The translations under genes and the position numbers were made by a program. This document shows positions 63,966-64,000 of a DNA stretch of 64,000 nucleotides, one piece after another (position 1 is the first letter of the stretch; every line of letters starts with the position of its first letter). The DNA lies in the NCBI GenBank assembly GCA_040954595.2, contig CM082581.2, forward strand, positions 7,586,059-7,650,058, in the 5' to 3' direction. The stretch is from Balanoglossus misakiensis. Taxonomy: Eukaryota > Animalia > Hemichordata. The notes below the pieces were generated by a model. That model had not been told where the DNA came from. It worked only from the letters and a program-made list of their open reading frames with translations, and searched no databases.

Positions 63966-64000
63966 CTGTTGACAAAAAGTACCAGAACCTATATTTCCTA

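Overview
Intron-rich eukaryotic (marine-invertebrate-like) genomic DNA; most of the supplied short ORFs are spurious. Genes reconstructed by hand from splice sites: MAEA (CTLH/GID E3 ligase subunit, 9 exons, one U12-type intron, + strand); a 3-exon acidic orphan gene (- strand) whose first coding exon is split by a 7.5 kb TIR element with a 9-bp TSD; two tandem PLP-dependent serine racemase/threonine dehydratase paralogs (+); two tandem immunoglobulin-superfamily genes (-), one a long V-Ig-Ig-Ig-Ig-FN3-FN3-TM receptor with tyrosine motifs and one a short V-Ig-Ig probably GPI-anchored form with two alternative leader exons and NF-kB/ISRE-like sites; an ankyrin-repeat gene with an intronless CDS (-); and the 3' end of a TPR gene (-). 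The 7.5 kb element carries a 180-bp tandem array and a stack of successive nested insertions (five elements deep counting itself), most with readable TIRs and TSDs. All gene models are manual and unverified by transcript data.
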